Shown here: piece by piece, positions 1 to 10,246 of the stretch
Layout of the letters: each line of letters opens with the position of its first letter
Position numbering within the stretch: the first letter of the stretch is position 1
DNA from: Candidatus Peribacteria bacterium
GTDB taxonomy: Bacteria > Patescibacteriota > Gracilibacteria > UBA1369 > 2-02-FULL-48-14
Direction: 5' to 3'
Assembly: GCA_943354505.1 (NCBI GenBank)
Contig: CALRCE010000004.1
Location: 1 to 61,332, forward strand
DNA: 61,332 nucleotides
Program-made: the position numbers and the translations under genes
The notes under the pieces: generated by a model
Told to the model about the DNA's origin: nothing
Database searches by the model: none
What the model saw: only the letters and a program-made list of their open reading frames with translations

Positions 1-503
1 ATGAGCAGAGAGTAGTCTTTGATGTCGGTGACGGGGGTGACCCATTTGAAGTTTTTAGCCGCGCTGCGAAGCATAGAAGGACCGCCAATGTCGATCTGCT
101 CAATGGCTTCGGGTTCGGTGACTCCTTCCTTGCCTATGGTTTCTTCAAAGGGGTAGAGATTGATCACCACCATGTCGATGGGCAAAATCTCGTTTTCGGC
201 GGCTACCACTTCGTCTTCAGAAGGCTCGACTCCGTCGAGTGCCCGACGCATCAACAGTCCTCCGTGCACTTTGGGGTGCAGGGTTTTGACACGGCCACCC
301 ATCATTTCAGGAAAACCGGTGTAGTCGGAGATGTCTTTCACGGGGATGCCCGCTTCTTTCAAGACTTTGGCGGTTCCTCCAGTAGAAAGCAGTTCCGTTC
401 CGTGTTCGTGCAGGGCCTGAGCCAGTTCCACCAGGTTGGTCTTGTCGGACACACTCAGGATGGCGCGCTTAATGGGGCGAACGTTGGAAAGATCTGAGTT
501 CAT
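1..503 (-). CDS. purH: Bifunctional AICAR transformylase/IMP cyclohydrolase, N-terminal part (runs off the left edge)
   Basis: Manual translation from ATG 503: [22 protein letters not shown]...STGGTAK...[15 protein letters not shown]...NLYPF...[15 protein letters not shown], all PurH signature motifs. Confidence 0.95.
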   Translation of the reverse strand, partial: MNSDLSNVRPIKRAILSVSDKTNLVELAQALHEHGTELLSTGGTAKVLKEAGIPVKDISDYTGFPEMMGGRVKTLHPKVHGGLLMRRALDGVEPSEDEVVAAENEILPIDMVVINLYPFEETIGKEGVTEPEAIEQIDIGGPSMLRSAAKNFKWVTPVTDIKDYSLL

Positions 504-553
504 GAGCACAAGAGGAAAAACCTAAGGGAGTTTAACGATAAGCCACTCTTTGG

Positions 554-1603
554 TCAAGGAAGCAAGGGTGCCTGGGCCCAATAGCGAGTTTGTTCGTAAT
601 CCAACTCCGGCATGGGAAGCTGGTTGGAAGCAAGGACCACATCAGAGGACCTTACCCCTGTTAGGCGGCCTTGTCCGTCGTAAACATAAGAAGTGAACTC
701 AAATAGACGTGTGTCTACTATGACCCCTCCAGCTTCACCGTCCACGATCATGAAACTTTCCTGTAGCCTTCCAGCTGTATCGTAAGCATAAATGACCTTG
801 TGTTGGCCACCACCAGCGCCGTCCATATTGAAGTAGCTGTAAGAACTTGTGCTCGCTAAGAAGAAGCCACTTTCGTTGGGCAGATAGGCAAATGTTGACG
901 TCTCCCCTCTGTCGAAGAATGTGATGGTCTTATCTTCACGTTCCCAGTCCCAACTTTCGTCGTGACTTTTCCATGTGCTTTTTGTTGTTTTTTGCCAAGT
1001 CCTCCAATCCACATAGAGTAGGGATTGAATGGGCTCTGTCTCTCCATTCTCGGCAAGGCCATACCATCCTGGGTAGCCTTCGGGAGGCCTGAGAGTGACT
1101 GACTCCGACCCTGGCTCCCAACGTTCGGATTGGGTGAGCATGGTCTTCAGCGTTTCGTTCAAGGCTTGCATGTGTTCAATCTCACTCAGCGTCAGGGCTT
1201 GTTTATCGCCGTAAGAAAAATTCTTGGCCAGGGTCTCTGGGTCGTTTTCGAAGAGGAGAAGGGGATCGAATTTGGAGTAATCTTTTTTTAGTTGTGCTCC
1301 AATGTTGAAGTCTGGACTTGAAGTGCCATTGATTTCCGCTTCATAAATAGCGTCCAACAAAGCGTTCAAGTCGGGTACATCGTAGGGATAAATCACGTTG
1401 TAGACACCTCCACCCCCTTCTGCACCAAAGGTTCTGGAGGCAAAGAAGTTGCTGGGGTCCACTGCTGGGATTTCGCCTGACTTTGCTGGGTCGGTTTGGA
1501 CTTCGAGCACACTGAGCGTCTTTGCTTCTTCTACGGAGGCTTCTTTGCAGCCTAACAAGAAGCTCAAGATAGCCAATGCGAATAGGAAGGTGTGTTTTTT
1601 CAT
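554..1603 (-). CDS. Hypothetical lipoprotein with two C-terminal YD-like motifs
   Basis: Lipobox LLGC after a hydrophobic stretch; YAYDTAGRL and YVYDGQGRL near the C-terminus. Confidence 0.7.
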   Translation of the reverse strand: MKKHTFLFALAILSFLLGCKEASVEEAKTLSVLEVQTDPAKSGEIPAVDPSNFFASRTFGAEGGGGVYNVIYPYDVPDLNALLDAIYEAEINGTSSPDFNIGAQLKKDYSKFDPLLLFENDPETLAKNFSYGDKQALTLSEIEHMQALNETLKTMLTQSERWEPGSESVTLRPPEGYPGWYGLAENGETEPIQSLLYVDWRTWQKTTKSTWKSHDESWDWEREDKTITFFDRGETSTFAYLPNESGFFLASTSSYSYFNMDGAGGGQHKVIYAYDTAGRLQESFMIVDGEAGGVIVDTRLFEFTSYVYDGQGRLTGVRSSDVVLASNQLPMPELDYEQTRYWAQAPLLP

Positions 1604-1628
1604 GACTTCAGTTTAACGGACTTCGATT

Positions 1629-1892
1629 TCATGGCAAATCCATTCCTCCTTTGCTCCAAGGATTGCAACGGAGGATGCGCCAGAAACCCTTGGCGGAGCC
1701 AATGATGAGTCCGTGCTTTTGAAGGGCGAGGCGAGTGTAGCTGGAGCAGCTGGGTGTGTAACGACAAAAGCCCCCTGGGAAGAGGTGGCGGAGCCAAGAG
1801 TGGTCCGGTGAAAGTGTTTTTTGATACAGCCAAACGAGGGCGTCTGCGAGCAGGGCGGGCCAATTTATTGGATTGAGTGGATTTTTTCCCAT
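1629..1892 (-). CDS. yidD: Membrane protein insertion efficiency factor YidD
   Basis: YQKTLSP...CRYTPSCSSY...G.WRILRCNPWSKGG.D.P; start placed at ATG 1892 because the longer ORF runs through the inverted-repeat element. Confidence 0.9.
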   Translation of the reverse strand: MGKNPLNPINWPALLADALVWLYQKTLSPDHSWLRHLFPGGFCRYTPSCSSYTRLALQKHGLIIGSAKGFWRILRCNPWSKGGMDLP

Positions 1893-1995
1893 AGGAATTT
1901 GAAAGGAATTTTGACGCAGTCGGGAGGACCGAAGGTGCCGTAGGCCCGCGGAGCGGCGGGTCCCGTTTCTAGGAAAAATTCCTTTCAAATTCCTA
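1892..1995. mobile_element. MITE-like element with perfect 21-bp terminal inverted repeats (including flanking TA)
   Basis: TAGGAATTTGAAAGGAATTTT (1892-1912) is the exact reverse complement of 1975-1995; 62-bp GC-rich structured interior. Confidence 0.6.
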
Positions 1996-3186
1996 CCATA
2001 CTCCCATGAAGCTAGGACTGATCTTCACTCCGTTGTAGCTGACTTCAAAGTGGAGGTGGATTCCAGTGACTCCGTACACACGTCCTGTGTTTCCCATTTG
2101 TCCGATCACTTGGCCTTGAGTGACGGTGTCCCCGACTTGCACGTAGAACTCGGTCATGTGAGCGTAGTGGGTTTTGTAACCGTTGCCGTGGTCAATCCAG
2201 ACGTTGTTTCCGTAGCCTCCGTCCCATCCTGTTCCAGTGTCCACCACGGTTCCATCCATCACGGCTAAGATGTCGGGCTTGCTACTGTCGGCAATGTCGT
2301 AGGCGGGGTGTCCTCCGTGGAACCCTTGAGTGATGATTCCTTTTGTTGGGCGAATCCATCCTAAATCGTTGACCGGCACGTCGTAAGAATCGACGTCAGG
2401 CCCGTAAGAAGAATAGCCGCCGGCAGTGTTGTAACTGGAATTTCCACTATTGGTTTGAGCGATGTAAACCACCTCTGGTTTTCCTCCTACGATGAAGAGT
2501 TGTTCGCCTGAAGTGAGATCGCTGTCGTCTTCAATTCCGTTGAAGGCTTTGGTGTCGTCCAGGTTCCCTTTGTACTTGTCCATCAAAGCAACCAAAGTCG
2601 CACCGTTCGGGATCGTCACATAGAGTCCGTCTTTGGGAGGAATCTTGAGTTTTTGTCCGATCTTCAAATAGTCGCTGCTGCCCAAATTGGTGTTGGCGTA
2701 ACGGATGGAGTTCAAGTTGAGGCCATAACGGTAAGCGATCATCGAAAGCGTTTCTCCCTCCTGGACTTCGTGTTCCACAATTTCGGTTCGGTTCAGATCG
2801 AAGGTGGCTTGGCCCTCTAAAGGCATGGCTTTGATGATGTAGCCTTCGTCGTCCGTGATGTTCACGGCGGTGGCGTCCAAGCTGAGGTATTCCTTTCCAA
2901 CTCCTTCTCCCCCTTCAAAGGCGGCGTTGGAGACGTTGATGGAGGTGAGCACCAAAAGCCCCAAACTCCAGGAAGCCAGTTGGGTGTAGAGGCGTTTTGG
3001 GGCAGGCCATTGATCCAGTGGATGCATGAACTCAGACCATTGCTTTCCCGAAGGCCTCAAAGCATGCCACGCGACCTTTACAGATCGTTTCGTGTGGAAC
3101 CAAACTCGTCCGAGCCAAGAATGATATTGACCCTCAAAGAGCTTTTTATGTCGCTCCTTTCGGATCTCTGCATTGACTTTACTCAT
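1993..3186 (-). CDS. Membrane-anchored LysM + M23 family peptidase
   Basis: LysM (HEVQEGETLSMIAYRYG...LKIGQKLKIP); M23 motifs HPAYD, YGNNVWIDH, YAHM, TGIHLHFEV. Confidence 0.92.
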   Translation of the reverse strand: MSKVNAEIRKERHKKLFEGQYHSWLGRVWFHTKRSVKVAWHALRPSGKQWSEFMHPLDQWPAPKRLYTQLASWSLGLLVLTSINVSNAAFEGGEGVGKEYLSLDATAVNITDDEGYIIKAMPLEGQATFDLNRTEIVEHEVQEGETLSMIAYRYGLNLNSIRYANTNLGSSDYLKIGQKLKIPPKDGLYVTIPNGATLVALMDKYKGNLDDTKAFNGIEDDSDLTSGEQLFIVGGKPEVVYIAQTNSGNSSYNTAGGYSSYGPDVDSYDVPVNDLGWIRPTKGIITQGFHGGHPAYDIADSSKPDILAVMDGTVVDTGTGWDGGYGNNVWIDHGNGYKTHYAHMTEFYVQVGDTVTQGQVIGQMGNTGRVYGVTGIHLHFEVSYNGVKISPSFMGVW

Positions 3187-3352
3187 CTTGGCGAGGATAG
3201 CCCAGCGCTTGGCGGCGGGTCAAGGCTCTGACCCTCCGATTTGACAAGCTTAGCCCCTAGGGATCAGGTTGAAATAAGGCATATTGACGTTTTATTTTTT
3301 CAGTTTTTAATCGTGATTTTTGCCTCTTTTTGTTTCGTGTTAGACTCTGCGC

Positions 3353-5110
3353 ATGAATCTCATTCGTTTATTGAGTCCGGAACTCATCAGCCAAATCGCG
3401 GCGGGGGAAGTGATCGAGCGTCCCGCTTCTGCCGTGAAAGAACTGGTGGAGAACAGCTTGGACAGTGGGGCCACCTCTATTTCCGTTGAATTGGTGGCGG
3501 GAGGTTTGGACAAAATTCGTGTGGTGGACAAAGGCTGTGGCATGAGTCACGAAGATGCCGCCTTGGCCTTCACGGCCCACGCCACCAGCAAGATTGCGAG
3601 TGTGGACGATTTGTTTTCGCTCTCGACTTTGGGTTTTAGAGGAGAAGCCTTGGCGAGCATCGCGAGCATTGCCCACGTGGTTCTCAAAACACGCCGAGCG
3701 GAAGAGCGTGTGGGGACTGTGATGGAACTGGATGCGGGCAAGCAGCTCCGCTATGAAGAAGAAGCCTGTGCAGAAGGAACCGACATTGTGGTGACGGGAC
3801 TGTTCCACCCCACCCCGGCACGTCGCAAATACATGAAGTCTGAGGCGACGGAGTACGGCCATTGCTTCGACATTGTGAGTGAGTTGGCGATGGCTCATCC
3901 CGCCGTGGGGTTTCGGCTTTTAAAGGATGGCGAACTGGTTTTTGACTTGCCGGTGGGACAAAATTTGAAGGAACGTGTGAGGGTCTTGTACGGCGGACAA
4001 ACCGCAGATGCTTTGGTGCCCGTGAGCTACCAACAAAGCAATGTGCAATTGAGTGGTTTCGTGGGGAAACCCGAGCTTTCGCGCAGCAGCCGCAAGTATC
4101 AATTTCTGTTTGTGAATGGACATCCCATTGAAAATCGTTTGGTGGGACACGCGGTGCAAGAGGCTTACCATTCGCTGCTCATGAACGACAAGTTCCCGTG
4201 GACTGTTTTGGATTTGCAACTCGATCCGGCCTTTGTGGACGTGAATGTGCATCCCCGCAAAATGGAAGTGAAATTTGTGAACACGCAAGAAATTTATCGC
4301 ATCGTGTTTGGAGCGGTGCAGCGCGCTTTGCAAAACGCCACCTTGAGTCCAATTTTTGGCGGACAAGCTTCTGTGGCGACGAGTCTAAGGGTGAGCACTT
4401 CGAGTCCGGTGTTTTCTCCTTTTGCATCTGGTGGTGAGTTTGGGCGTTTTGATTTGAACTTTGTAGGTCAGGTTCAAGAACCGCAACCCGTGGGAAACTC
4501 CGCTTTGTTTGAAGTTAAGGGCTTGCAGTTACGACCTTTGGCGCAAGTTTCCAACCGCTACATTGTGGCGGAAAGTGCGCAAGGCTTGGTGCTGATCGAT
4601 CAACACGCGGCGCACGAGCGCGTTCGGTACGAACGATTGATAAGGGCTACAAGCGAAGCGACGGCTCGTGCTTTGTCGCAGCCACTCTTAACGCCTTTGC
4701 AATTGGATTTGGGTGTGGACAGTGCACGGCTACTTCGCGAACACGCCACAGAGTTTTTGGCGCTGGGTTATGAACTGGAAGAATTTGGTGGCAATACTTT
4801 TCTATTACGAGCGGTGCCTGCGGGCCTCGAAAAGCGTGACCCCGAAGCGGTGCTCCGGGAGGTTTTGGCCGATGTGACAAATGAGTGGAAACAAAATCAC
4901 GTTAAAAATGTGCGCGAGGTTTTAGCCACGGTCACGGCGTGTCGTGGTGCGATCAAATTTGGTGATCCGCTCACCATGATCGAGATGGAAGCCCTTTTGA
5001 AAGACATGGCGGTCACACCCAACTGCACCCACTGTCCGCATGGAAGGCCGGCGCTTTTCACATGGACACACGAAAAACTCGAAGAGCTGTTTAAGAGAAG
5101 AAATTTTTAA
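3353..5110 (+). CDS. mutL: DNA mismatch repair endonuclease MutL
   Basis: IAAGEVIERPASAVKELVENSLD, GFRGEALASI, DQHAAHER, ACR, CPHGRP. Confidence 0.98.
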   Translation: MNLIRLLSPELISQIAAGEVIERPASAVKELVENSLDSGATSISVELVAGGLDKIRVVDKGCGMSHEDAALAFTAHATSKIASVDDLFSLSTLGFRGEALASIASIAHVVLKTRRAEERVGTVMELDAGKQLRYEEEACAEGTDIVVTGLFHPTPARRKYMKSEATEYGHCFDIVSELAMAHPAVGFRLLKDGELVFDLPVGQNLKERVRVLYGGQTADALVPVSYQQSNVQLSGFVGKPELSRSSRKYQFLFVNGHPIENRLVGHAVQEAYHSLLMNDKFPWTVLDLQLDPAFVDVNVHPRKMEVKFVNTQEIYRIVFGAVQRALQNATLSPIFGGQASVATSLRVSTSSPVFSPFASGGEFGRFDLNFVGQVQEPQPVGNSALFEVKGLQLRPLAQVSNRYIVAESAQGLVLIDQHAAHERVRYERLIRATSEATARALSQPLLTPLQLDLGVDSARLLREHATEFLALGYELEEFGGNTFLLRAVPAGLEKRDPEAVLREVLADVTNEWKQNHVKNVREVLATVTACRGAIKFGDPLTMIEMEALLKDMAVTPNCTHCPHGRPALFTWTHEKLEELFKRRNF

Positions 5111-5977
5111 CTACTTCTGCACGGAGTGGATCGTGGATCCTTCTGGATAAGGACGCATGTGACCCTGTCTGATCATGGATTTCACATAGTCTAAAACGGC
5201 AATGACCAAGAATGTTTGCCTCACTCCACTATGAGCAGGAAGTGCATTCTCTGGACTGCTTGCAGCTTCTTTTAAAGTTTCGTCGGACCATGCATGTGCA
5301 TCCACCCACTTTCCTTTTCCATTGGCGAAATGCAGTAAAAAGTAGGTGGCGCTGGAAGGGACTCCATCAACCTCACCTGTTTCTAGAAAACTGGGTGCGA
5401 TTTCTCTTAGTGTTCGCATCTTCATTAAATCTTGACGGACTTCAGGGGCTAGACGAGACGTGTCGAATCTTCCTATTGCTAGATCCGGCTGTACGCTGGA
5501 GTCGTGAGGTAGATCTAAAACAAAAAGATTGGCGATTCTAGGCGAAGTTGGATCTCGTCGTCCCACTTGTTCTTCAGGATCTAGAAACTGCACACGAAAC
5601 CCTTGAGGATTGTGGTCCACTATAAAGTCATGCGGATGACGGGTGGGTCCTTTGCCCACTACGGCACGTACTCCATAGGTTCCTTCCTCTGGTAAGGACG
5701 TTTCTAAGAAAGCTAGAAACTCTTCTCGGTAGGCGGCTGGCAGCATCTTTTCCAATAAAACCTCAGGTGCATCTGTTTCTAGAGTAGCAGGTTCAACAGA
5801 ACCCACAGGGAAACGAGCATCGGTGATGTCCAACAACTTACTTTTTAACCTCATCCTATAGTAATCAGCTCTTTCACCCACAATACACTTCCCTAGGAGT
5901 TTCACTGTTCTCTCGGCACCTTCGAGCTTAGTGCTGATCCTTTCTCCAAGCTGTGACAACTGAGCAACCATATTCAA
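5111..5977 (-). CDS. Hypothetical protein (ORFan-like)
   Basis: 288-aa ORF filling the gap after mutL, with its own promoter; no recognisable motif. Confidence 0.7.
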   Translation of the reverse strand: MNMVAQLSQLGERISTKLEGAERTVKLLGKCIVGERADYYRMRLKSKLLDITDARFPVGSVEPATLETDAPEVLLEKMLPAAYREEFLAFLETSLPEEGTYGVRAVVGKGPTRHPHDFIVDHNPQGFRVQFLDPEEQVGRRDPTSPRIANLFVLDLPHDSSVQPDLAIGRFDTSRLAPEVRQDLMKMRTLREIAPSFLETGEVDGVPSSATYFLLHFANGKGKWVDAHAWSDETLKEAASSPENALPAHSGVRQTFLVIAVLDYVKSMIRQGHMRPYPEGSTIHSVQK

Positions 5978-6003
5978 GATGATAAAAACCTAACTAAGTT
6001 GGT

Positions 6004-6031
6004 ATTATAACATCTTTTTTATTTAAAGCAA
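6004..6031 (-). promoter_or_regulatory. Sigma70-type promoter for 5111-5977
   Basis: Minus strand TTGCTT-N16-TATAAT with extended TG. Confidence 0.55.
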
Positions 6032-6032
6032 G

Positions 6033-8150
6033 CTATCTATACAAGAGCGTCACCTCCAAATCTCCGCTCATGCTGTCTTCGGAGTAGGTGTAGTCGGCGC
6101 CTTCTTCGGTTTGGGTGGCTTCGGGTGTGCCGGACAAAAGGATGTCGCTGGGCGCCGTCACGGTTTTGGTGATCGTGAGGTTTTTGAGGCCGGGTTGTTT
6201 GATCCATTCAAAATTGTACTCTTGGAATTCGCCCTGGAACTTCCAAGGGAGAGCCCATTGCAAGCTCACGGTTTGGGCCTCGCCCGGTTCTAGACTTTGG
6301 TCGAAGTAAAAATAGCTATGATCTTCCAAAGGATCGTAGAAGAATTGCACTTCATCCTTGTACAAACCTTGCGTGTCCAAAAGCTGAGCGCCTTCGGGAA
6401 CGTACATGCGAATTCCGGCTTTGTTTTCAGCCTTTCCTAAAGTGTAGAGCAGCGCGTCGTTCCAGGCGGTGAAGCCATAGCCTCTGAGAGTGTCTTTGAG
6501 CGCAGCCTCCGTTTCGTTGGTGAAGCTGTGGAAGCGTGTCATCTCCACGGTCACCACGAGGCTGCCGTCCTCTAAGATTTGGGTGTTGTGGGCCAGAGCC
6601 GTTTTCACATAACGTCCGGTTTTGTTTCCCCCAATGTCGGTGAAGAGGGGCATGAAGTAATCCACGGGATCTTCGTCTTCGGAAGTCAGCGTGTTCAAAT
6701 CGGGCACTTCGCCGGACATGCCCATGGATTCCACCAAGGCCTGAACGCTCGGATCTTTGTGATAAAAACTGATGGATTTGTTTTGGGTTTCACTCCAAGC
6801 GCTGGAAAAGAGCTGAGTGGCCAAGAGCGGATCTTTGGCTTTTGCGGTGAAGGCCGTGATGAGTTCCCCGAGCACTGCTTTTGGATTGGAGGCTCCGTAG
6901 GTTTTTGCTTCCACGAGTGTGGCCAAAACCGAAGGCAAGTCTTCGGCGCTGAGGGCTTTGTTGAGGGATCCTAAGGTGAGAGGTCCGGTCATTTCTAGAA
7001 AGGCTTGGGCCGAAGACATGTTCACACCGATCACGCCATCCACACCAGGACCTCCTTCCTCTTCCAAAAACCAGGCGGCTTGCTGAGCCGACGTCTTGAA
7101 ATCGGGAGAAGTGTTGCTGTCGCGCATGCGCCAGATGGTGGTGAGACCGCGAAGTTCATGCACGGGCACTTCCAAAGCTTCTCGGTACTGTCCGTCGTAG
7201 TCGTAGACATCGTGGAAATCCATTTGCGTGAGGCGTCCGTCGTTCAAAGTGACCAGCACAAAACTTCCGATGAAGCCTCCCCCGAGGCGCATCTCATCGT
7301 TGTTCTCGAGGAGCACCAAATAGGTCTGCGGATGAGCGTCTCCGAGGGCCGTGAGCAGGGGCTCTTTGGCGGTTGCCCACAAGTTGAGCATGTCGCCTAG
7401 CGCTGTGAGTTTGTCTTGGTATTTGGCAAATTTTTCTTCGTAGCCGGTTCCGCTCAAATCCACGGTGCTGAGCAAGGTGTTGATTTGGCTGATCTCCTCG
7501 GCGGCGGGCTCTAAGTTGGCTTCCGAAATAGTGCGCAAGTACTGCGTGAGCGAACCTTCTGCGGGCAAGGTGCTGAGGGCGGTTTTGGCTTCACTCATGT
7601 TCACTCCGAGGTCGGACATCAAACTTCCAGCGTCCAAAATGTTGCGCAGGCTGGTGACTTCACTGGGCTCATCGAGCCAGGGTGTGGGAGCGTTGAGTAA
7701 AAAAGCTCCTTCTTGTTTGGCTTGATCGAAGAGTTCTTGAGCTTGAGTGAACAGCAGGATGTCTTCGCTTCCGTCCCCGGAAGTCATTGATTGCCCCGCG
7801 CCTTGCAAAGTCATGAAGCCTTCACTGGCGAGCGCGAGCGCCTCTTCGCCTTGCTGCCTGCCGAGGAAGACGAGTTGGCCTACGTTCAGCATTAAAATCA
7901 TGGCGAGCGCGGCCACCAGCATGGGAATACGGCCGAGTCCTCGACGCCGACTGTAATTTCTTCCGACGATTTGGATCTTGTCGGGTGTGAGGGTCTTGAT
8001 TCGGATTTCTTCTTTCATGTTTAAAGTCACCTTGCTGTGGGCTTGGCTCTTTTTCACTCCATCGAGCGTTTTTAAATCCACGACGTGCTCCGACTTCTTG
8101 CTCGAAGGTCGTGGGTGGTTTTGCTCGGGACCGATATCCAGTTTAATCAT
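6033..8150 (-). CDS. DUF4012 domain membrane-anchored protein
   Basis: TM segment, then TYLVLLENNDEMRLGGGFIGS, MRDSNTSPDF, VDGVIGV, GGNK and C-terminal KQPG typical of DUF4012. Confidence 0.85.
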   Translation of the reverse strand: MIKLDIGPEQNHPRPSSKKSEHVVDLKTLDGVKKSQAHSKVTLNMKEEIRIKTLTPDKIQIVGRNYSRRRGLGRIPMLVAALAMILMLNVGQLVFLGRQQGEEALALASEGFMTLQGAGQSMTSGDGSEDILLFTQAQELFDQAKQEGAFLLNAPTPWLDEPSEVTSLRNILDAGSLMSDLGVNMSEAKTALSTLPAEGSLTQYLRTISEANLEPAAEEISQINTLLSTVDLSGTGYEEKFAKYQDKLTALGDMLNLWATAKEPLLTALGDAHPQTYLVLLENNDEMRLGGGFIGSFVLVTLNDGRLTQMDFHDVYDYDGQYREALEVPVHELRGLTTIWRMRDSNTSPDFKTSAQQAAWFLEEEGGPGVDGVIGVNMSSAQAFLEMTGPLTLGSLNKALSAEDLPSVLATLVEAKTYGASNPKAVLGELITAFTAKAKDPLLATQLFSSAWSETQNKSISFYHKDPSVQALVESMGMSGEVPDLNTLTSEDEDPVDYFMPLFTDIGGNKTGRYVKTALAHNTQILEDGSLVVTVEMTRFHSFTNETEAALKDTLRGYGFTAWNDALLYTLGKAENKAGIRMYVPEGAQLLDTQGLYKDEVQFFYDPLEDHSYFYFDQSLEPGEAQTVSLQWALPWKFQGEFQEYNFEWIKQPGLKNLTITKTVTAPSDILLSGTPEATQTEEGADYTYSEDSMSGDLEVTLLYR

Positions 8151-8164
8151 TGGCGGGCTCTTTT

Positions 8165-9682
8165 TTATAGCTGCGCTTTCAGCGCAGTCCGAGAGAAAAC
8201 CCCGTCGTCAAAGAGTTTTCGTGTGGTGAGAATGCTTTCGAAGCCTCCTCCCAGTGTCTTCAGTATATTCCCATCTGGTAAGAGTGGACAATGCAGAATG
8301 AGCACTTCATCGGAGCCTGGCAAAAGCCCTTCCAACTCCTGTAAATTGCGGCCCTCTGCTTGTCCAAGTGCTTTGTCTAAGGTGGACAGTGCCAGCTCTG
8401 AAGAATTGGAAAGAATGACCGCGTCGTTCAAAAGCACTAAGCTGAGTTTGGCTTCTCCGTTCACTTTGAATTCGTAGGTGACGGTTTCGTTTTGTTTCAC
8501 CAACTCCACGCTTGGTTTCACTTGCTCAGCGATGGTTTCTCCTTTTTCGTTGGTGTGAGTGAGCTTGAACGTGAGGTGTTCCGCCAAACGGTCTTTGAGG
8601 GCATCCACTTGTTTGGCTTCGCCAGGTTCCAGTTCACCAATGAACAGAAAGTTTCCGCTGGGCGTGAAACCAAAATATTGCTCCTGATCGAGCAGAGGCG
8701 CGAGTTGCGTTTTAAAATCGAAGTCGGAGCCGAACCACCGACTGAGCAGGGTGTTGGTTTGAGCTTCCCAAACCAGAGCTGAAGACGGACTCAATTGATT
8801 TAAAATTTCGCCGATGCGCTCCCATTGAGCGTAGAGGTTTTGACCTCCCCATTCCCAAGCCAAACCGTCTGCTGTCCAGGGTAAGAATTTTTGTTGGTAA
8901 GTCACGTTGGAATGGTAGAACGCTGCTCCTCCCAAGAGGACTTTGTCTACGGCTAGAAAACTTTCAGAAAGATAGTCTTTTTCATCGCCCAAATTTTGAT
9001 AGTTCAAGGTTCCTCCCATGGATGGAAAAAGCTGCAACAAGGAGCTGATCGCGCCAAACTCACTCATGAAACGCGAGGTGGCGGCTTGCAGGTCGACGTA
9101 ATAAAAACCTGAATCCCAATGCGCTAGACGGCCCCGCACATTTTGGTACTTGGATTCCGATTCTAAACTGGGCTGAGTTCCGATAGCGGTTTCTTGAATC
9201 GAGGTCAGCAAGTCTTGTTCGCCTCCCACAAAAAGCAAGTCTCCGACCCAGGTGAAACAGTAGGGTTGGCCTTGGGTGTAACAGTAAACGTTGGACCAGA
9301 GCGAGGAGCTGGCCGCCACTTCTTGATAGTTTTCTTCGGGAGCTTTGAGGCTGTCTAGAAAAGCTTTGGCGTCGGATTTGGAATTCACTTCCACGAAACT
9401 GAGGTCTTCACCGTCCATCCAGGCTCCTCCGAAACGACTGATCCAGGGAAGTGTGTCGAGCGGAGTTCCCATGAAGGTGCTTTGCTCCGCAGGTAGCTGC
9501 ACTCCAGAATCTTGGAGATCAGCACGGTCGAGGATCCAAAAAGCCTCCGTGCTTTCCCCGGGCAGAAGTTCGGCCATGTTTGGCAGTGCATTCCAACGCA
9601 CGACGATGGCAAAAATCGCTAGCCAAGCAAGGAGTAGAAAGCTCGCTACGAAGAGGCCTTTGGGGATTTGTGGAGTGGACAT
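8165..9682 (-). CDS. Membrane-anchored hypothetical protein (DUF3352-like)
   Basis: N-terminal TM followed by AELLP; internally duplicated alpha/beta pattern. Confidence 0.6.
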   Translation of the reverse strand: MSTPQIPKGLFVASFLLLAWLAIFAIVVRWNALPNMAELLPGESTEAFWILDRADLQDSGVQLPAEQSTFMGTPLDTLPWISRFGGAWMDGEDLSFVEVNSKSDAKAFLDSLKAPEENYQEVAASSSLWSNVYCYTQGQPYCFTWVGDLLFVGGEQDLLTSIQETAIGTQPSLESESKYQNVRGRLAHWDSGFYYVDLQAATSRFMSEFGAISSLLQLFPSMGGTLNYQNLGDEKDYLSESFLAVDKVLLGGAAFYHSNVTYQQKFLPWTADGLAWEWGGQNLYAQWERIGEILNQLSPSSALVWEAQTNTLLSRWFGSDFDFKTQLAPLLDQEQYFGFTPSGNFLFIGELEPGEAKQVDALKDRLAEHLTFKLTHTNEKGETIAEQVKPSVELVKQNETVTYEFKVNGEAKLSLVLLNDAVILSNSSELALSTLDKALGQAEGRNLQELEGLLPGSDEVLILHCPLLPDGNILKTLGGGFESILTTRKLFDDGVFSRTALKAQL

Positions 9683-9766
9683 TGTGGACAGAGTGTAGCA
9701 GGAGACCCTAATTTGAGGAAGGGTGAGCCTTCATCATTCTTTCGTAATTTGAAAGGGCTGATTCAG

Positions 9767-10246
9767 CTATAGTCTTTTCATGAATAAAAGATAGGTTGGC
9801 TTTCCTTCCGTTGATTCTTCTACCGCCTCCTTGATGAATTCGGTGAAGCCCCACTTTTCGTAGAGTTTTTGGATTTGAGGTTCGTGCTTATAAGCTCCGA
9901 TCGTGACTTCGGTGAAGCCTTTTTCTTTGATGCGTTCGATAACCCGTTCCATGAGTTTTGTTCCCCAACCTTGTCCACGGTGGTCGGGATGAATGCGGAA
10001 GGCGGAAAGGTAAGCGCGGTTCTTTCCATTGGCTTCCTCTGGATCGCTGCTTTTATTCCAGTAGAGATGAAACTCACCTAAGATTTCTTCGCCCTCTTCT
10101 ACCACCCAAAATTCCTGCGTGCCCGCTTCAATGCCTTTGATGTAATCCTTCTGAGCGACTTGCTGCCACTCGTTCTTGCGAGACCAAGCCCAATCCTGGT
10201 TGAGCTTTTTGAAGTCCTCGATTTTGCCTTGGCGGATGTGGGTCAT
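9767..10246 (-). CDS. GNAT family acetyltransferase
   Basis: RIHPDHRGQGWGTKLM motif A; LYEKWGF. Confidence 0.9.
   Translation of the reverse strand: MTHIRQGKIEDFKKLNQDWAWSRKNEWQQVAQKDYIKGIEAGTQEFWVVEEGEEILGEFHLYWNKSSDPEEANGKNRAYLSAFRIHPDHRGQGWGTKLMERVIERIKEKGFTEVTIGAYKHEPQIQKLYEKWGFTEFIKEAVEESTEGKPTYLLFMKRL

Noticed and set aside
1893-1988. N-terminal extension of YidD in the ORF track
   Set aside because: It is translation through the inverted-repeat element; the YidD-like sequence starts at ATG 1892.
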